A stretch of 64,000 bases of DNA, from positions 3,636-67,635 of the forward strand of contig CAZGIM010000012.1 of NCBI GenBank assembly GCA_964525995.1, read 5' to 3'. This DNA comes from an uncultured Prolixibacteraceae bacterium. Lineage in GTDB: Bacteria > Bacteroidota > Bacteroidia > Bacteroidales > FEN-979. A program made the translations under genes and the position numbers. Positions 63,040 to 64,000 of this stretch are shown in pieces (the first letter of the stretch is position 1; each line of letters begins with the position of its first letter). The notes below the pieces were generated by a model that was not told where the DNA came from, made no database searches, and saw nothing but the letters and a program-made list of their open reading frames with translations.

Positions 63040-64000
63040 TGACCGCCTGTTTCATAAACTTCTTCGAGCATGGTTCTGATATTCTCTTCTGGGATGGCCA
63101 GGGGCATGACCAGCGTTCCGAACAGAAACTTCCCGCCCGGCATACCGGCCGCGAGCATCCGTTTGACCTCCGTTCTGATCTCCTCCTTCGACCAATCGAT
63201 CAGTTTAATATCGTTGATCACACCGCAGGTCAATGCCCGGCCGTTGATGATTTTTTTGCCTTCGGCAAGGTCATCGAGCGGACTGAGGTAAAAGGTCTTT
63301 ATTCCCAATTCTTCAATCACCTGGTCGATCACGGGATTCATCCTGGCTCCGCCGCAATAATAGACCACGCCGCTGATCCCTCCGGGTTCCAGGTCTTTCT
63401 TCATCCAGTACAGCGACCGTTCGCGAAACAGGTTCATGGGAATGAAATCGGTCGATCCGAACGCGTTGGCATAGACCAGAATATCGGCGCCGGCAACCCG
63501 GTAGGCTTCAATTTCTTTCCGGAAAAAATCGGAGCATTTGGTCAGTAACTCATCGCGTACTGCGGTTGGGCCGAAGAGGAACAGTTCCATCCATTTTTCC
63601 ATCCCGATCAGCATGGCCGGGAGGGTCATGGAAGCTGTAACATAGGCACAGATCGGATACCTGCCGCCCACTTCTTCCCTGAGAATTTTAAGACATTTCA
63701 AGGGTTCCTGAAAAGCCGGATGACCGGTCAGATCGTCGGGAACCTGCAATTTATGAATATCATCGTAGTTTTTCAAGATCATTTCGCCCACGTTGGGAGA
63801 TCCCTCGGCAGCATAGATGATCTTCCGGCATCCCAGCATTTCTGCTTCCTTTCCCACGTAGAAGAGGCTCCAGACGTTATCATACCCGTACTTTTCGCGC
63901 ATTCTGAGCTGGGCTTCCGCGACATATTCACCTTTCGAAAAATATTGTTTCAACGGCATTCCAAGTTCTTTCGCTCCCTGGTCGATGAGGTTGCAGAATA
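63036..64000 (-). CDS. Uroporphyrinogen decarboxylase (URO-D) family protein, MtaA/CmuA-type methyltransferase-like; 5' end lies outside the window
   Basis: The reading frame stays open upstream of the Met at 63959 to the window edge (..FCNLIDQGAKELGMPLKQYF). The overall pattern is URO-D-family-like (ICAYVTASMTLPAMLIGMEKWM, ILVYANAFGSTDFI, PGGKFLFGT). Confidence 0.6.
   Translation of the reverse strand, partial: FCNLIDQGAKELGMPLKQYFSKGEYVAEAQLRMREKYGYDNVWSLFYVGKEAEMLGCRKIIYAAEGSPNVGEMILKNYDDIHKLQVPDDLTGHPAFQEPLKCLKILREEVGGRYPICAYVTASMTLPAMLIGMEKWMELFLFGPTAVRDELLTKCSDFFRKEIEAYRVAGADILVYANAFGSTDFIPMNLFRERSLYWMKKDLEPGGISGVVYYCGGARMNPVIDQVIEELGIKTFYLSPLDDLAEGKKIINGRALTCGVINDIKLIDWSKEEIRTEVKRMLAAGMPGGKFLFGTLVMPLAIPEENIRTMLEEVYETGGQ

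Overview
This 64-kb window looks like a Bacteroidota genome. Seven proteins end in type-A T9SS C-terminal sorting domains, there is a propeller/Y_Y_Y sensor kinase, and one TAnnTTTG-type promoter motif. I call 26 protein-coding genes, two of them cut by the window edges. I found no rRNA, tRNA, CRISPR array, transposase or integrase. Three things stand out. (1) One third of the window (10952..32069, minus strand) is two tandem giant secreted proteins of 3283 and 3729 aa. Together they carry about 56 copies of an ~84-aa two-cysteine PKD-like module, arranged in an ordered multi-module cassette that recurs within and between the genes. They also contain interspersed second and third module types, one recent 552-bp tandem duplication and an embedded Fibrobacter-type (FISUMP) domain. 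They appear co-transcribed with a two-lobed retropepsin-like protease and a 4x CBM48 protein. (2) A tight operon (51096..57490) places a 1365-aa pyruvate-phosphate-dikinase-like protein between two GAPDH paralogs. That protein has the ATP-grasp and phosphohistidine domains but no PEP/pyruvate domain, and carries an unassignable ~865-aa N-terminal region. (3) A URO-D-family/DUF1638 (corrinoid methyltransferase-type) gene pair is translationally coupled to two orphan PAS histidine kinases. The rest is peptidases of four catalytic classes, T9SS cargo proteins and two-component genes. All family assignments come from motif recognition by eye. No database search was run.
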